IMG/VR virus record: IMGVR_UViG_3300035208_003581
Coordinates: 32,001 to 96,000 of that record
DNA: 64,000 nt
Source: a virus
Taxonomy: Duplodnaviria; Caudoviricetes
Reading direction: 5' to 3' (one strand)
The notes under the pieces were generated by a model. It saw nothing but the letters and a program-made list of their open reading frames with translations, was not told the origin of the DNA and did no database searches. Made by a program: the position numbers and the translations under genes. Below are positions 11,020 to 21,799 of the stretch, one piece after another. Numbering within the stretch: position 1 is the stretch's first letter; each line of letters opens with the position of its first letter.

Positions 11020-11844
11020 ATGGCTTTTAATTTCTTAGGGACATTTTCTACAGGTCAATATAAATTATTGAAAGAATTTTCCCTTTTTCAAAAAAGGGAT
11101 ATAGAAAATAGAATTAATTATTTAACTGGAGAGATAAGAAGAACAGGAGTATTAACAGTTACTTTTGATACTGAGACTGGATTAATAGATACTATCAGTG
11201 CTTCTGGTAAAAAAAGTATCCTTGGTAAAATATTTTCTGCATATACTTTATTAGGTGGTATCCCTAAAAATGAATTGCCAATCAGAGCATTTACTGACCC
11301 AGTTTTTTTACCACCTGGTACTCCATCTGGTTTAAGCACTCAGTTCTCTAATAAGAGGAATATTCGTAATTCATTTCGTAATGATGCATATGTTGGGATG
11401 TTAATTGGTAATTTAAAACAATGGATAATTAATTCAATTAAATTTAAACGTGAGGATTTAGAGTTTAAAATAAAAAAATTAGTTGATTGGTCTGACCAAT
11501 GTTCTATGGAAATACTTATGTTGCAAATAGTTGGAGATATTACTGGTAATGAGTCATTAGAAAAAACTATTATCAGCTCAGTTCCAGAGGCAACTCGTGC
11601 ATGGATAACAGAGAGAACTAAATTATTAGTGGAAGACACACAAGAGGATTCATCAAAAAAATTAATAGTATTATCATCATTAGATGATATGATTACTTTT
11701 TTAGACGAAGAGGCATATTCACAATCTCATCCTAGTGTTACTATTGATGATAGTGATATTTTTGGATATTCAGCAGGAAAAATTCAAGAAAGTTTTGATA
11801 CAAATGCTTCTATAGAGGATGATATTACAACTGTAGAGAAATAA
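11020..11844 (+). CDS. Hypothetical virion protein
   Basis: 274-aa ORF tightly packed in the baseplate operon. Confidence 0.6.
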   Translation: MAFNFLGTFSTGQYKLLKEFSLFQKRDIENRINYLTGEIRRTGVLTVTFDTETGLIDTISASGKKSILGKIFSAYTLLGGIPKNELPIRAFTDPVFLPPGTPSGLSTQFSNKRNIRNSFRNDAYVGMLIGNLKQWIINSIKFKREDLEFKIKKLVDWSDQCSMEILMLQIVGDITGNESLEKTIISSVPEATRAWITERTKLLVEDTQEDSSKKLIVLSSLDDMITFLDEEAYSQSHPSVTIDDSDIFGYSAGKIQESFDTNASIEDDITTVEK

Positions 11845-11847
11845 TAC

Positions 11848-12909
11848 ATGAGTTATGATTTTAGATTAGACATATTGTGTCCCCATAAAGTTATTTTAGA
11901 AGAGTTAGTACTTACTAATTTTCAAGAATTACGTACAATTAGTAAATTAGCATCTTCTATTGTTGAAGTATGGGTTGATTCAAATTTAATACCAAATGAT
12001 GGTTTATATTCTAAAGCAACTACAGCGGCTAAAAATACTGGTGTTTTACAGATAGTACGTGATTTAAATGATACAATAGAAGTTTCAGTTGATGATGGTT
12101 CTATGCAAACATATATAATTAAATCTGGTTTAGTAACACTATATCAAATTATGTCAGATTTAAAGAAAAAAATGAGTGGTGTTGATCTTACTATTCAAAA
12201 TAATATTTTAAGATTTTCAACACAATCAAGGAATAAAAATTCTAAGTTAGTATGGGGATCTGGTTCAGCTCATCTTACATTAGGGTTACCTAATAACAGA
12301 GTATATGTAAGCAATGAGATTGTTCCAAGTTGGAATATAGTAAATGATCCAATTAGTATTGAATCTAGAATGGTGTATTTTAATAAACCATTGAAATGTT
12401 CTGATAGTATAATTGAACTTACTTATTATACATCTTCTGATTATTGTCGTAGATGTAATGGGTTACGTATAGAAAATGATTTTATATATAATGATCTTGG
12501 TGAAAAGGTTTTAGTAAAAGAAGAAAATTTATTATTACAAGAGTTAGATAAAGCTATCATAACTATAAAAAATTCTAATCCTTTTCATTTATGGATAGGT
12601 ACAAGAATAGCATCATTATCTGGGAGTAAATATCTTAATGTAATAAAATCAGAAATATTATCAGAGATAACAGACACATTATCTAATTTAAAGGATATTA
12701 AAATACAACAAGCACAGATACAAGAGGTAACACCTGGAGAATTCCCTGATGTGCTTCAAATATCTAAAATGAATCAACTTGAATCTGATATGACTATTCT
12801 TGAAATAACTATTGATGTTATATCAAGAAGAGGTAAACAAGTATCATTAAATCGTTATTTGAAATTATCTATTGATGGATCAACTCAAGGTTATTTAAGA
12901 AGAGGGTAA
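11848..12909 (+). CDS. Baseplate wedge protein with C-terminal gp25/gpW-like domain
   Basis: LLQELDKAIITIKNSNPFHLWIGT resembles the gp25 signature; directly precedes the J-like gene; has a CRRC motif. Confidence 0.65.
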   Translation: MSYDFRLDILCPHKVILEELVLTNFQELRTISKLASSIVEVWVDSNLIPNDGLYSKATTAAKNTGVLQIVRDLNDTIEVSVDDGSMQTYIIKSGLVTLYQIMSDLKKKMSGVDLTIQNNILRFSTQSRNKNSKLVWGSGSAHLTLGLPNNRVYVSNEIVPSWNIVNDPISIESRMVYFNKPLKCSDSIIELTYYTSSDYCRRCNGLRIENDFIYNDLGEKVLVKEENLLLQELDKAIITIKNSNPFHLWIGTRIASLSGSKYLNVIKSEILSEITDTLSNLKDIKIQQAQIQEVTPGEFPDVLQISKMNQLESDMTILEITIDVISRRGKQVSLNRYLKLSIDGSTQGYLRRG

Positions 12910-12913
12910 TTAC

Positions 12914-15900
12914 ATGGCTTTTAATGCTCCAAATATATCATTACCTGATAATTCTGGTTTTTCTAATTATATTGTATATTCGTCAAATATAAAAGAACAC
13001 TTTATATATGGTAATGTTGATCCCAATACAATTGATGTACAAGTACAAATACGCGGAGGTGGTTTTGTATCTGATTCTACATTAGTTGCTTTAGATTTAC
13101 CAAATTTTATAATACCTAATCAATCAAACTATCCAAATGGAATTACATTAATTCCTGGTGTAAACCAAATTGATATTCGTGCAATTGATGTAAATGGTAA
13201 TGTAAGTCCAATCTCATCTGTTCTTATAACATATGTTACAGATAAAGAACTTTCATTACAAATATCACAGCCTACAGGATTGCAAATATATCGTCACCGA
13301 GATGAAATTACATTAACAATTATTGGTGATGGTAATGAAAATATTGTAGGGTATAATGTTTATGCTTCTAAAGAATCTGGGGGTATATCTACTGGATATT
13401 TTAAATTAAATAAATCTATTATTTCTGAATATGTTAATGAGTTTGAAGATTTACAAGTTTCTAATGAACAGATAGTATATTCCCATTCAGATGGAAATTT
13501 ACATATACTTCTTACAGAAGAAGATAATGATGGATCTGTTCAGCGTGTTATTTCAGATTCTGTTATACCTTTAGTTAATACACCAAGTAGTCAAATTACT
13601 TCTATTTCTGTGGTGGGTAAAAATACCCTTCCAACATATTCATTTACTCATAATAGATTAAGTACAGAAGATGATGGTATCACAAATAATGAACAATTTA
13701 TTGATGTTACTGATGATCAACCTTTATACTATGTTGTAACGGCAATTGGTTATGATTCAAGAAATAGAGAATATCTTGAAAGTAAATATAGTTCTGAATT
13801 AGTAGGTGTTCCTTTAATTATTGATTCAACTATAAAAGATATGGTACCAATATCACGTCAAGATATCATTTTGGATGAGATTAAAAGTATTCAGAGAGTT
13901 AATCCTTCTGTGAGTTTAATACCAGGGTCATCTACTCGTGATATTCATATTGATCCACCTGCATCTGAACTTGAACGTTTAGCATTTATATCAGATTTTA
14001 TACATCGATCACAAAGTTTTCTTACTCTTATGGAGATTGATGATGCTAACCATGATGGTATTTCAGACCCTGTAGCAACATCCCCATATAAATTAGCTTT
14101 GAAATCAGCATTATTTATTGTTGATAATGATGATGTGCAGTATCTCATTGATGATGCATTTGATAAGTTAGCTGGTAATTATAATACTCCAAGAAAAGGT
14201 GCCCAAAAATCAATTGGTCAAGAAGTTTTCTATACCACAAAAAAACCCACAAAAACACTTACTGCTGAACGTGGTGCTATTGTATCCACAACTTCTAATA
14301 CAGATCTTGGTATACCATCGGTATCGTATGAAGTCACATCCCAAGTCTCTATGCAAATAACAAATATTGATTCTTATTATGTCCCATCTCGTCGTAGATG
14401 GGAAATAACTGCAAATATACGTGCATTGGATACTGGATTAGCTGGTAATAGACCAGCTAATCAAATTGATAAAGTAACATCTGGTGCTGCTGGTTTAAGT
14501 GTTATAAATTTAGAACCAACACAGTATGGTTATGATATTGAATCTAATAGTTTATTAGCTGAGAGAGCTATGCTTGCATTATCTAGTGTTGATTCTGGAA
14601 CTAAAGGTGGTTACTTAGCATCTTCTATTAGTGTATCAGGTATTCAAGAATCACTTGTTATTTATGCTGGTCATCCATTAATGATGAGAGATTGGGATGA
14701 AGTACGTAAAAAACATATTGGTGGTAAGGTAGATATTTGGATTAAAGGATTGAATGAACAGGAAGTTACTGATACATTTTCTTTTTCTTTTGATATTGTT
14801 CAAAATAAAAGATTTGAGATAATTGATTCTACTAATTTTATTTTTAGATCATTAGATTCTACTTTAACTGAAAATAATCCACTTGTTGAAATGTTAGATG
14901 ACCCAATAAAAGGATATGGTTTTAGGAATACTACAAAAGGTTATGATTTTGATCTTACTGATGTAGTAATTGTTGATTATCGTACCATTCAATTAAGCAG
15001 TTTAGTATCACAGCCAAGTTTTGATTTTGATGATATAATTGTTGGAGACTATCGTTATCAGTCTTCAAATTATTATATACCAATTCGTCAACCATTACGT
15101 AGAGTTATAAGTATTATTGGTGAAGTATCTGGTACCTTAGATTTTGAACATGGTTATAGTCTTTTCAAATTAGATGATCCATTACTATATGGAGAATCAG
15201 TTAAAAGTAATGACTATATTGCTATTTATCCATATAATGGTATACCTTCTGGTGCATCAATCATTGTTAACGATGAAATCCATATTTTAGTAGGTACTCG
15301 TTCAGAATTACTAAGATCTATAGGTGTAGATCTGACATCTATTAGAGTATTTAATTCTACTAGAACAATTGAATATTCTGGACCTGAATCATCAAATCCT
15401 GATTATCTTATTATTCCTGGTACAACAAATACAGCAGCTAGTATTGTGCGTGTCCAAGGTGGTTCTATTTTTAATGGACAACAAGTATCTATTGATTATG
15501 AACACGATGAAAATTTTACTGTACGGTATGTTGTGAATGACCTTATACGTATTGTGCAAGAAAAAATTGATTCAAAAAAACATATTACTGCTGATGTATT
15601 AGTTAAACAGGCTATTGAGAATTCCATAACTATAGAAAACACAGTAGTATTAAATTCAGGTTCGGATAGAGCATTAGCTGATAGTAAAATACGTACTGGT
15701 GTTTCAAATGAAGTTTCTTCACGGAAGATAGGAGGCGGTATTCATCAATCTGATATAGTTAAAATTTATGAAGAAACACCTGGCGTGGATTATGTAATAT
15801 TACCATTTTCTACAATGATATGGTCTGATAGTTCTCAAATGATTAGAGATGAATTATTGAGTGATTATATTGAGTTACCATCACTACATTCTGGCAGTAA

Positions 15901-16336
15901 TAAAGCATACATACTTATTACTGCATTATCATCAAATACTATTGATGGTGGTGGTTACGAAAATCAGCATCGAGGTGTTTTTAAAGATGGTCAGATTATT
16001 ACTTTAGTAACTAATCTTGAAACTATATGTGATGAATATGATAGAGCGTATATCATTGGAAAAAATGGTGCTATTATTGTTGGGTATTCTGATGATGCTA
16101 CTCTTATAGCTGATGGGTTTATTGAAGATGTGGATATAGCTCAAGAGAGATTAAATAGGACATCAAATAGAATTGTATTAAGTCTTGAATTTGATCCTAA
16201 TATGGTGATGCCTGATGATCATACTTGGACATGTTCATACATAGTATATGGAGACACAGGAGCGCGAGATTTAAATGCAAATAAATTGGAAGCATTAACT
16301 TTAGGTGATTTTAATATCATTTATAGTGAGGGATAA
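12914..16336 (+). CDS. Baseplate J/gp6-like wedge protein with N-terminal Ig/FN3-like domains
   Basis: FDKLAGNYNTPRKGAQKSIG, ALDTGLAGNRPANQI, GYDIESNSLLAER, GGKVDIW, TPGVDYV. Confidence 0.8.
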   Translation: MAFNAPNISLPDNSGFSNYIVYSSNIKEHFIYGNVDPNTIDVQVQIRGGGFVSDSTLVALDLPNFIIPNQSNYPNGITLIPGVNQIDIRAIDVNGNVSPISSVLITYVTDKELSLQISQPTGLQIYRHRDEITLTIIGDGNENIVGYNVYASKESGGISTGYFKLNKSIISEYVNEFEDLQVSNEQIVYSHSDGNLHILLTEEDNDGSVQRVISDSVIPLVNTPSSQITSISVVGKNTLPTYSFTHNRLSTEDDGITNNEQFIDVTDDQPLYYVVTAIGYDSRNREYLESKYSSELVGVPLIIDSTIKDMVPISRQDIILDEIKSIQRVNPSVSLIPGSSTRDIHIDPPASELERLAFISDFIHRSQSFLTLMEIDDANHDGISDPVATSPYKLALKSALFIVDNDDVQYLIDDAFDKLAGNYNTPRKGAQKSIGQEVFYTTKKPTKTLTAERGAIVSTTSNTDLGIPSVSYEVTSQVSMQITNIDSYYVPSRRRWEITANIRALDTGLAGNRPANQIDKVTSGAAGLSVINLEPTQYGYDIESNSLLAERAMLALSSVDSGTKGGYLASSISVSGIQESLVIYAGHPLMMRDWDEVRKKHIGGKVDIWIKGLNEQEVTDTFSFSFDIVQNKRFEIIDSTNFIFRSLDSTLTENNPLVEMLDDPIKGYGFRNTTKGYDFDLTDVVIVDYRTIQLSSLVSQPSFDFDDIIVGDYRYQSSNYYIPIRQPLRRVISIIGEVSGTLDFEHGYSLFKLDDPLLYGESVKSNDYIAIYPYNGIPSGASIIVNDEIHILVGTRSELLRSIGVDLTSIRVFNSTRTIEYSGPESSNPDYLIIPGTTNTAASIVRVQGGSIFNGQQVSIDYEHDENFTVRYVVNDLIRIVQEKIDSKKHITADVLVKQAIENSITIENTVVLNSGSDRALADSKIRTGVSNEVSSRKIGGGIHQSDIVKIYEETPGVDYVILPFSTMIWSDSSQMIRDELLSDYIELPSLHSGSNKAYILITALSSNTIDGGGYENQHRGVFKDGQIITLVTNLETICDEYDRAYIIGKNGAIIVGYSDDATLIADGFIEDVDIAQERLNRTSNRIVLSLEFDPNMVMPDDHTWTCSYIVYGDTGARDLNANKLEALTLGDFNIIYSEG

Positions 16337-16337
16337 C

Positions 16338-17120
16338 ATGACTCAGACTCCATACCCATTAGTTTTTAATGGTAAAGATTATAATAGAAGAGTTAAAGCA
16401 GAGTCTGATATTATAGTTCGTAATATGATGTCATATCTACCATCATATTATTTATCTTCTATACCATCAACTAATTATGCTATTGAAATGCAGGCTTTTT
16501 CTAAAGAATTAGCTAAAATAAAAGTTATTTTAGATGATATTAGCCAAGATCAAATATTTATTAATACACGTTCTGAATTTCTTTATCAGGTAATTGGATA
16601 CTTGATATTTGCTAATGGTGAGTTACCATCTACTACATTTAATGATATAGAATTTAAAAATTTTCTTTTAGCTATTATTACTATTTATTTTCAAGGATCA
16701 ATACCAGTTTCAATAAAACATGGTATTGAATTATTTTCTGATCGAGAAGTTATAATCACTGAAGATTATTTAGAAATAGAAAATGGTTCGGAAGGTTATG
16801 ATATATCGGATCAATTTTCATTTGAGATACAATTTCAAATTGATGGTAATTCAATTCCAGAAAATTTTATTGATTTAGATAATAATATTAGTTTAATATT
16901 AGATATTATTAGACCTGCTCATACGCTTTTTAAATTACGTTATATTTTTTCGGATGATTATGAATCATTAACAAATATAACAGATGAGTCATCTTTTAAA
17001 TTACAGAATTATACTTACGATGATATAAGAACAAATTGGAATGGGTTATATTCTGTGGATAGGTTAGGGTCTAAAAAAGAATCAAGTATTGTAGGTGAAA
17101 ATGTATCTTATCAATTTTAA
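16338..17120 (+). CDS. Baseplate wedge protein (P2 gpI/gp7-like)
   Basis: Follows the J-like gene; LPSYY and IIRPAHT motifs; ATG 16338 after GAGGG. Confidence 0.65.
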   Translation: MTQTPYPLVFNGKDYNRRVKAESDIIVRNMMSYLPSYYLSSIPSTNYAIEMQAFSKELAKIKVILDDISQDQIFINTRSEFLYQVIGYLIFANGELPSTTFNDIEFKNFLLAIITIYFQGSIPVSIKHGIELFSDREVIITEDYLEIENGSEGYDISDQFSFEIQFQIDGNSIPENFIDLDNNISLILDIIRPAHTLFKLRYIFSDDYESLTNITDESSFKLQNYTYDDIRTNWNGLYSVDRLGSKKESSIVGENVSYQF

Positions 17121-17140
17121 AATTTTATGGGATATCCACA

Positions 17141-20100
17141 ATGACAGTATATGATTCAATAGGTAATCCAATTATACCTTTTGGTACTGAAGGTTTTCTA
17201 TATGGTAATCCTGGTACTTATATCAATAGGTATTTAAGGACACAATATGGCCCTATTGTACGAGGTGATGGTACAGGTGCAATTGCAGATGATCCTTCAG
17301 ATGTTATTGTTTATATTAATGGAACACCTGTAACTGTTGTTGCTGTATTTGGTTTATTAGGTATTATTGTCCTTGAAAGTTCACCATTGACTGGGGATGA
17401 TATTAGAGTTAACTATACACATTTATCAAGACCTACAGTAGAGATAAGACGTTTAAATTCTAAAGAATTTGTATTAAATGCAGATGGTAAATCCTCGTAT
17501 CAATACCAAAAATATCAATGCACTAATGTTCTTATAGATCCAAGTTATTCTGATAAAAATGGATTTAATGGTGGTGTACAGCCAACAAATCCAACATCAT
17601 ATGGATATTTTTATAGAGCGTATGAACGTGCATATTCAATAGCATTAAATGACCCTAATTTATTACTGTTAAATAGTCCACATCATCGAGTATCATACCC
17701 AGCATTTAATCGTATACTATCAGAAATACTTGTTAGTTATGATTGTAATATTTTACCAGAAGATCATACTCTATATCCATGGGTACAAGAAGGTGATGGT
17801 ACTGCAAGTATACTTAATGGTATTCTTACACTTGTTGATTCATCTAGTGGTATATTTCCAGATGCTAAAGGTTTTTATTATTACAGGCCTGAAAATTTAT
17901 CTTATTTATATAATGCATCATTATCTTTTAGAAATCGAATTATTTCTTATACATTGAATGGATGTTTTACAGGTGTTGCTGCAGGTATTTTGGATGGTAA
18001 CCATACATCTATTTTATCATTTATTGAATATAATGGTATTAAATATATTGGGATTTTAAAAGATAATGGTGATGAAACTATATTTGATTCTTACGAATCA
18101 TATCCATTAAATTGGTCTGATTACAATATATATAGAATAACGAAAACTGTAGATTCATTAAAAGTTTTTGTGAATAGTGATTCTGTTGAAGTGATATCTG
18201 TACTTACAAATGAATTAGCAAAACAAAATGAATTAGAAATAGCACTTAATTTTCAAAGTGGTGTTTTTATTGGTTCTATGAATAGAGAATGTGTTAATGT
18301 TTCAGAATGGGATTATATTCGATATCTCATTACACCAACTTCAATAAGTGAATCATCTCATGTAACTAATATATTATATGAATGTAACCAATTACCAGAA
18401 GTATCATCACAGCCATGGTTTACATTGGGTAGATTTGGTAGAGAAAAAATAATTGGAGATGATTATCTCCATATCACAAAGTATTCTGCATCTATGCATG
18501 CTGGTATAGATGAAAATGGTTTAATTAGTGGGGAAGTTTTTGGATACAATCGTGATGAACCTTTTCTTTCTTCAGATGCTAAAATTGTAATAGACTGGAA
18601 TGTTAGATCTCCGATATGGACACATAGTATTAATTCAAAGGCATTAGGTATTTTTTCACATAATAACGAAAAAAATATTTCAATTTGTTTTTTGAGTGAT
18701 AGTTCAATTCCAAGTTTATCATATAATGGCCAAACATTACCAGATTCAGATCCTGATAATCCATGGATAGTCACAGGTGAAGGGATTGTATCTATAGTTG
18801 ATAATGTATTAAATATTAAAGATTATTCTTCCTCATTGAATATGAAATATACTTGGGTTGATATATATGAGCAAATATTAAGTTCCAGTTTTATTATTGA
18901 ATATTCAAATAAAATAAATGATTTCACACCTGATTTTGTAGGATCTTCTGTCATAGTTCAAGGTGATAATTTTGAAATTTATATTGAACATACTAATGAT
19001 GATGGTGATAAAAAAATAGTTTTTTTAGATGATGGAAATGTTCTTGCTTCTATTAATTTTGATTGGAGTGATAATATATTTCATTCATATAAGGTTATAT
19101 TTAATATTACATCTAATCTTGTTCTATTTTTTATTGATGATATTTTATCTACTACATTTCCATTTACTGACATTTCAGTAAGAGCACAGCCTGAATATTC
19201 TCTATCATTTGGATCTTTTCAGTTTGAACGGAATGGAACAAATTCAGATGTTGATTGGGATTATATCTATGCTATACCATTACGAGATGATACATCAGGA
19301 TATGTAGGTATTTATTTAGGTGGTGATGAATCATTAATAAGTTCGTATAATGTATCCCCTATCTCTGATTTAACCAGTTATCATGATTACCGTATTATTT
19401 GTGACCCAATTGGTGATGTGACTTTATTCGTAGATAATATCCCTAAGATAATTATAGATTACAAAGATTTACCTACATTTGAAAATTCATTTTTTAATAT
19501 ACCAGGAAGTGGTCCAGGAGTATATTTTGGGTCATTTGATAGTAGATCAATTGTTAAAAGTGAATGGGGTCATATTAGATATACTATTTCTGGTGCGTAT
19601 GGTAATACACTTATAGCACCACATCATCAAATATTAAATCATCAAAATGTTATGGCAAGTCCTGATCATTTATTTACAAATGGACATACACATACTAATT
19701 TTGAGACTTCATCAACAGGCATACCTATTTCTCAATATTACGATGGTAAATTGGCAAATGATGCATACACTATTTTGAATAATACTACTCCAATAGTTCC
19801 AATTACTGAAGAAGCCATACTAACAAAAGTTGAAACTCCAATAAGTACATTCAATGACCCATCATTGATATTAAATGATTCTCATTTTTTAGTTGGTGAT
19901 GGTATTAACGTAGTTAATATTGAAGTCTCAGAGAGAGGTTTATATAATACTGTTGATATAGTATGTAAGAAAAATGGTAATGATACTGATTTAATTTATC
20001 CAGCAGAAGATGTATTTTCTGGATTAGAATTTTCTGAACAACATGATGAAGTTATAAATTCACAATTAAATACAGTTGGAACATGTTTCTTTTTAAATGC

Positions 20101-20395
20101 AGTGAGTGATTATGAGTACACATCTCAAACTGTACCTGCAAAGTCATTATTAAATTCATCGAATCTTATTTATGCAGGATCAAAGTTTAACGAGAATCAC
20201 CCTGAATTACTAATTGATATTTCAAACGAAGAAGTATATTCTACACAAGAAGATGAAGCATTAGAAGCATATTTGACATATACATGGGGTGGTAACATTT
20301 TGAATGACCCTAATTCAATTATGGAAAACAATGTGATTACAGGATTTATTTTAAATGATTTCACTTTAGGATCAATTGTAGATGTACTTCCTTAA
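17141..20395 (+). CDS. Structural protein with repeated beta-sandwich (lectin/LamG-like) domains
   Basis: Repeating units Y.C..LPE....PW, FDW...H.Y.I and SEWDYIRY/SEWGHIRY. Confidence 0.6.
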   Translation: MTVYDSIGNPIIPFGTEGFLYGNPGTYINRYLRTQYGPIVRGDGTGAIADDPSDVIVYINGTPVTVVAVFGLLGIIVLESSPLTGDDIRVNYTHLSRPTVEIRRLNSKEFVLNADGKSSYQYQKYQCTNVLIDPSYSDKNGFNGGVQPTNPTSYGYFYRAYERAYSIALNDPNLLLLNSPHHRVSYPAFNRILSEILVSYDCNILPEDHTLYPWVQEGDGTASILNGILTLVDSSSGIFPDAKGFYYYRPENLSYLYNASLSFRNRIISYTLNGCFTGVAAGILDGNHTSILSFIEYNGIKYIGILKDNGDETIFDSYESYPLNWSDYNIYRITKTVDSLKVFVNSDSVEVISVLTNELAKQNELEIALNFQSGVFIGSMNRECVNVSEWDYIRYLITPTSISESSHVTNILYECNQLPEVSSQPWFTLGRFGREKIIGDDYLHITKYSASMHAGIDENGLISGEVFGYNRDEPFLSSDAKIVIDWNVRSPIWTHSINSKALGIFSHNNEKNISICFLSDSSIPSLSYNGQTLPDSDPDNPWIVTGEGIVSIVDNVLNIKDYSSSLNMKYTWVDIYEQILSSSFIIEYSNKINDFTPDFVGSSVIVQGDNFEIYIEHTNDDGDKKIVFLDDGNVLASINFDWSDNIFHSYKVIFNITSNLVLFFIDDILSTTFPFTDISVRAQPEYSLSFGSFQFERNGTNSDVDWDYIYAIPLRDDTSGYVGIYLGGDESLISSYNVSPISDLTSYHDYRIICDPIGDVTLFVDNIPKIIIDYKDLPTFENSFFNIPGSGPGVYFGSFDSRSIVKSEWGHIRYTISGAYGNTLIAPHHQILNHQNVMASPDHLFTNGHTHTNFETSSTGIPISQYYDGKLANDAYTILNNTTPIVPITEEAILTKVETPISTFNDPSLILNDSHFLVGDGINVVNIEVSERGLYNTVDIVCKKNGNDTDLIYPAEDVFSGLEFSEQHDEVINSQLNTVGTCFFLNAVSDYEYTSQTVPAKSLLNSSNLIYAGSKFNENHPELLIDISNEEVYSTQEDEALEAYLTYTWGGNILNDPNSIMENNVITGFILNDFTLGSIVDVLP

Positions 20396-20409
20396 ATTTT
20401 AGGTGTATC

Positions 20410-21066
20410 ATGGTAAGCGACTATTTAAGAAGAATTTCTAAATATATTGAAAGTGAATCTAATTTAGATGATGCTGAAATATCACGTAGAAAAAAATGGC
20501 TAGAAGATGCAGAGAAAATCACTGGTAAAAAATTCAGAGAATCAGATTCAAATGATTATTTGGATGGGGAATATGATGAATATGATATTATTCGTTATAA
20601 TATAGATGCTTTATATCATGCAGGTCCAGATCCAGATTTAAAGAAAAATTTTAAAAATGGAGCTGGACTTTTTGGGTCAGTTTTATTTTTCACGCATAAA
20701 GAGGGTGGGGCATCAACTGGTGATGGCACATATGTTTATGCTATAGATAAAGATTCATTGGATATTGCATCTGATTTGACCAGAGAACCTTTATGTGCAA
20801 ATACACCTGAAGTGAAGTATCTAGTTAAAGAGCTTGAATCAATTGTAAATATCAACGAATATAGAGAGAATTATGATATATCTGAAGATATGTCAGATCA
20901 AGATATGCTTGCAGATTTGGCAATGGATTTAATATTAGGGAATACTACTTTAATTAAATATGATTTTTATGATGCTGGAGATTTAGATTGGAAAATACAG
21001 AGATGGAGAGTAGAAATAGATATGAGTGCTCATGGGAATTTGAATAAATTAATTCCTATGCAATAG
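20410..21066 (+). CDS. Acidic hypothetical protein, possible ADP-ribosyltransferase-like fold
   Basis: LYHAG...GLFGSVLFFT...YVY pattern; composition unlike the flanking beta-rich tail proteins. Confidence 0.45.
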   Translation: MVSDYLRRISKYIESESNLDDAEISRRKKWLEDAEKITGKKFRESDSNDYLDGEYDEYDIIRYNIDALYHAGPDPDLKKNFKNGAGLFGSVLFFTHKEGGASTGDGTYVYAIDKDSLDIASDLTREPLCANTPEVKYLVKELESIVNINEYRENYDISEDMSDQDMLADLAMDLILGNTTLIKYDFYDAGDLDWKIQRWRVEIDMSAHGNLNKLIPMQ

Positions 21067-21119
21067 ATAATTTTTAATAATCGTTAATTGATTAATTTTT
21101 TTATAAATAGGAGAATAGA

Positions 21120-21776
21120 ATGCTTTCTAAAGAAAAATATTATGGAGTTAAAGACAAAATGACTGCTTCTTTATCTAGTAAAGACAAATATACTGGTCCA
21201 AAAGGGACTTTTTATGGTTTTATAGGACCTGTTATTGATTCACCCTCTCTTGAGAAATTAAAATCAAGTTCAGAACACATTCCTGTTTTGGAAAAACACA
21301 ATCTTATTGTAAAAGATATGTCAATACTATTAGCTCGACTGATAAAAGATAATCAAGAAGCACCTTTTGGTGCTTATGTGCTTGCCGTAGGTAGCGGGGA
21401 TACAGGTTGGAATGTTATGAGTCCTCCTGCTGCTACTGATTCGCAACGTGCTCTCTATAATGAAATAGAGCGTAAAACATTTGCTACTACTCAATTTATT
21501 GATGATGGTGGTAGTCAAGTGGCATATCCAACAAATATTGTTGATTTTATAACAACATTTACAGAATCTGAAGCAGTTGGGCCACTGGTAGAAATGGGTT
21601 TATTGGGTGGGAATATCTCTACAAATTTAGCTATTAAAAATCCTGTTCCTGCTGGTACATACGATGCTACTGTTGATTTAACAGCATATGAAACTATGAT
21701 TAATTATTTGACTTTTCCAGTTATAAATAAGCCAGCAACTGCTTCATTAACATGGGTATGGCGTCTTACATTTTAA
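21120..21776 (+). CDS. Baseplate/tail-fibre attachment protein
   Basis: AGGAG RBS; HNLIV, LAVGSG, LYNEIERK, FTESEAVGPLVEMGL and WRLTF motifs typical of myophage fibre-anchor proteins. Confidence 0.6.
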   Translation: MLSKEKYYGVKDKMTASLSSKDKYTGPKGTFYGFIGPVIDSPSLEKLKSSSEHIPVLEKHNLIVKDMSILLARLIKDNQEAPFGAYVLAVGSGDTGWNVMSPPAATDSQRALYNEIERKTFATTQFIDDGGSQVAYPTNIVDFITTFTESEAVGPLVEMGLLGGNISTNLAIKNPVPAGTYDATVDLTAYETMINYLTFPVINKPATASLTWVWRLTF

Positions 21777-21799
21777 TTTAGCATTCTAAGGGTGACCCG

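Noticed and set aside
21102-21109. T4-type late promoter TATAAATA (also on the minus strand at 51131-51138)
   Set aside because: Expected frequently by chance at this AT content.
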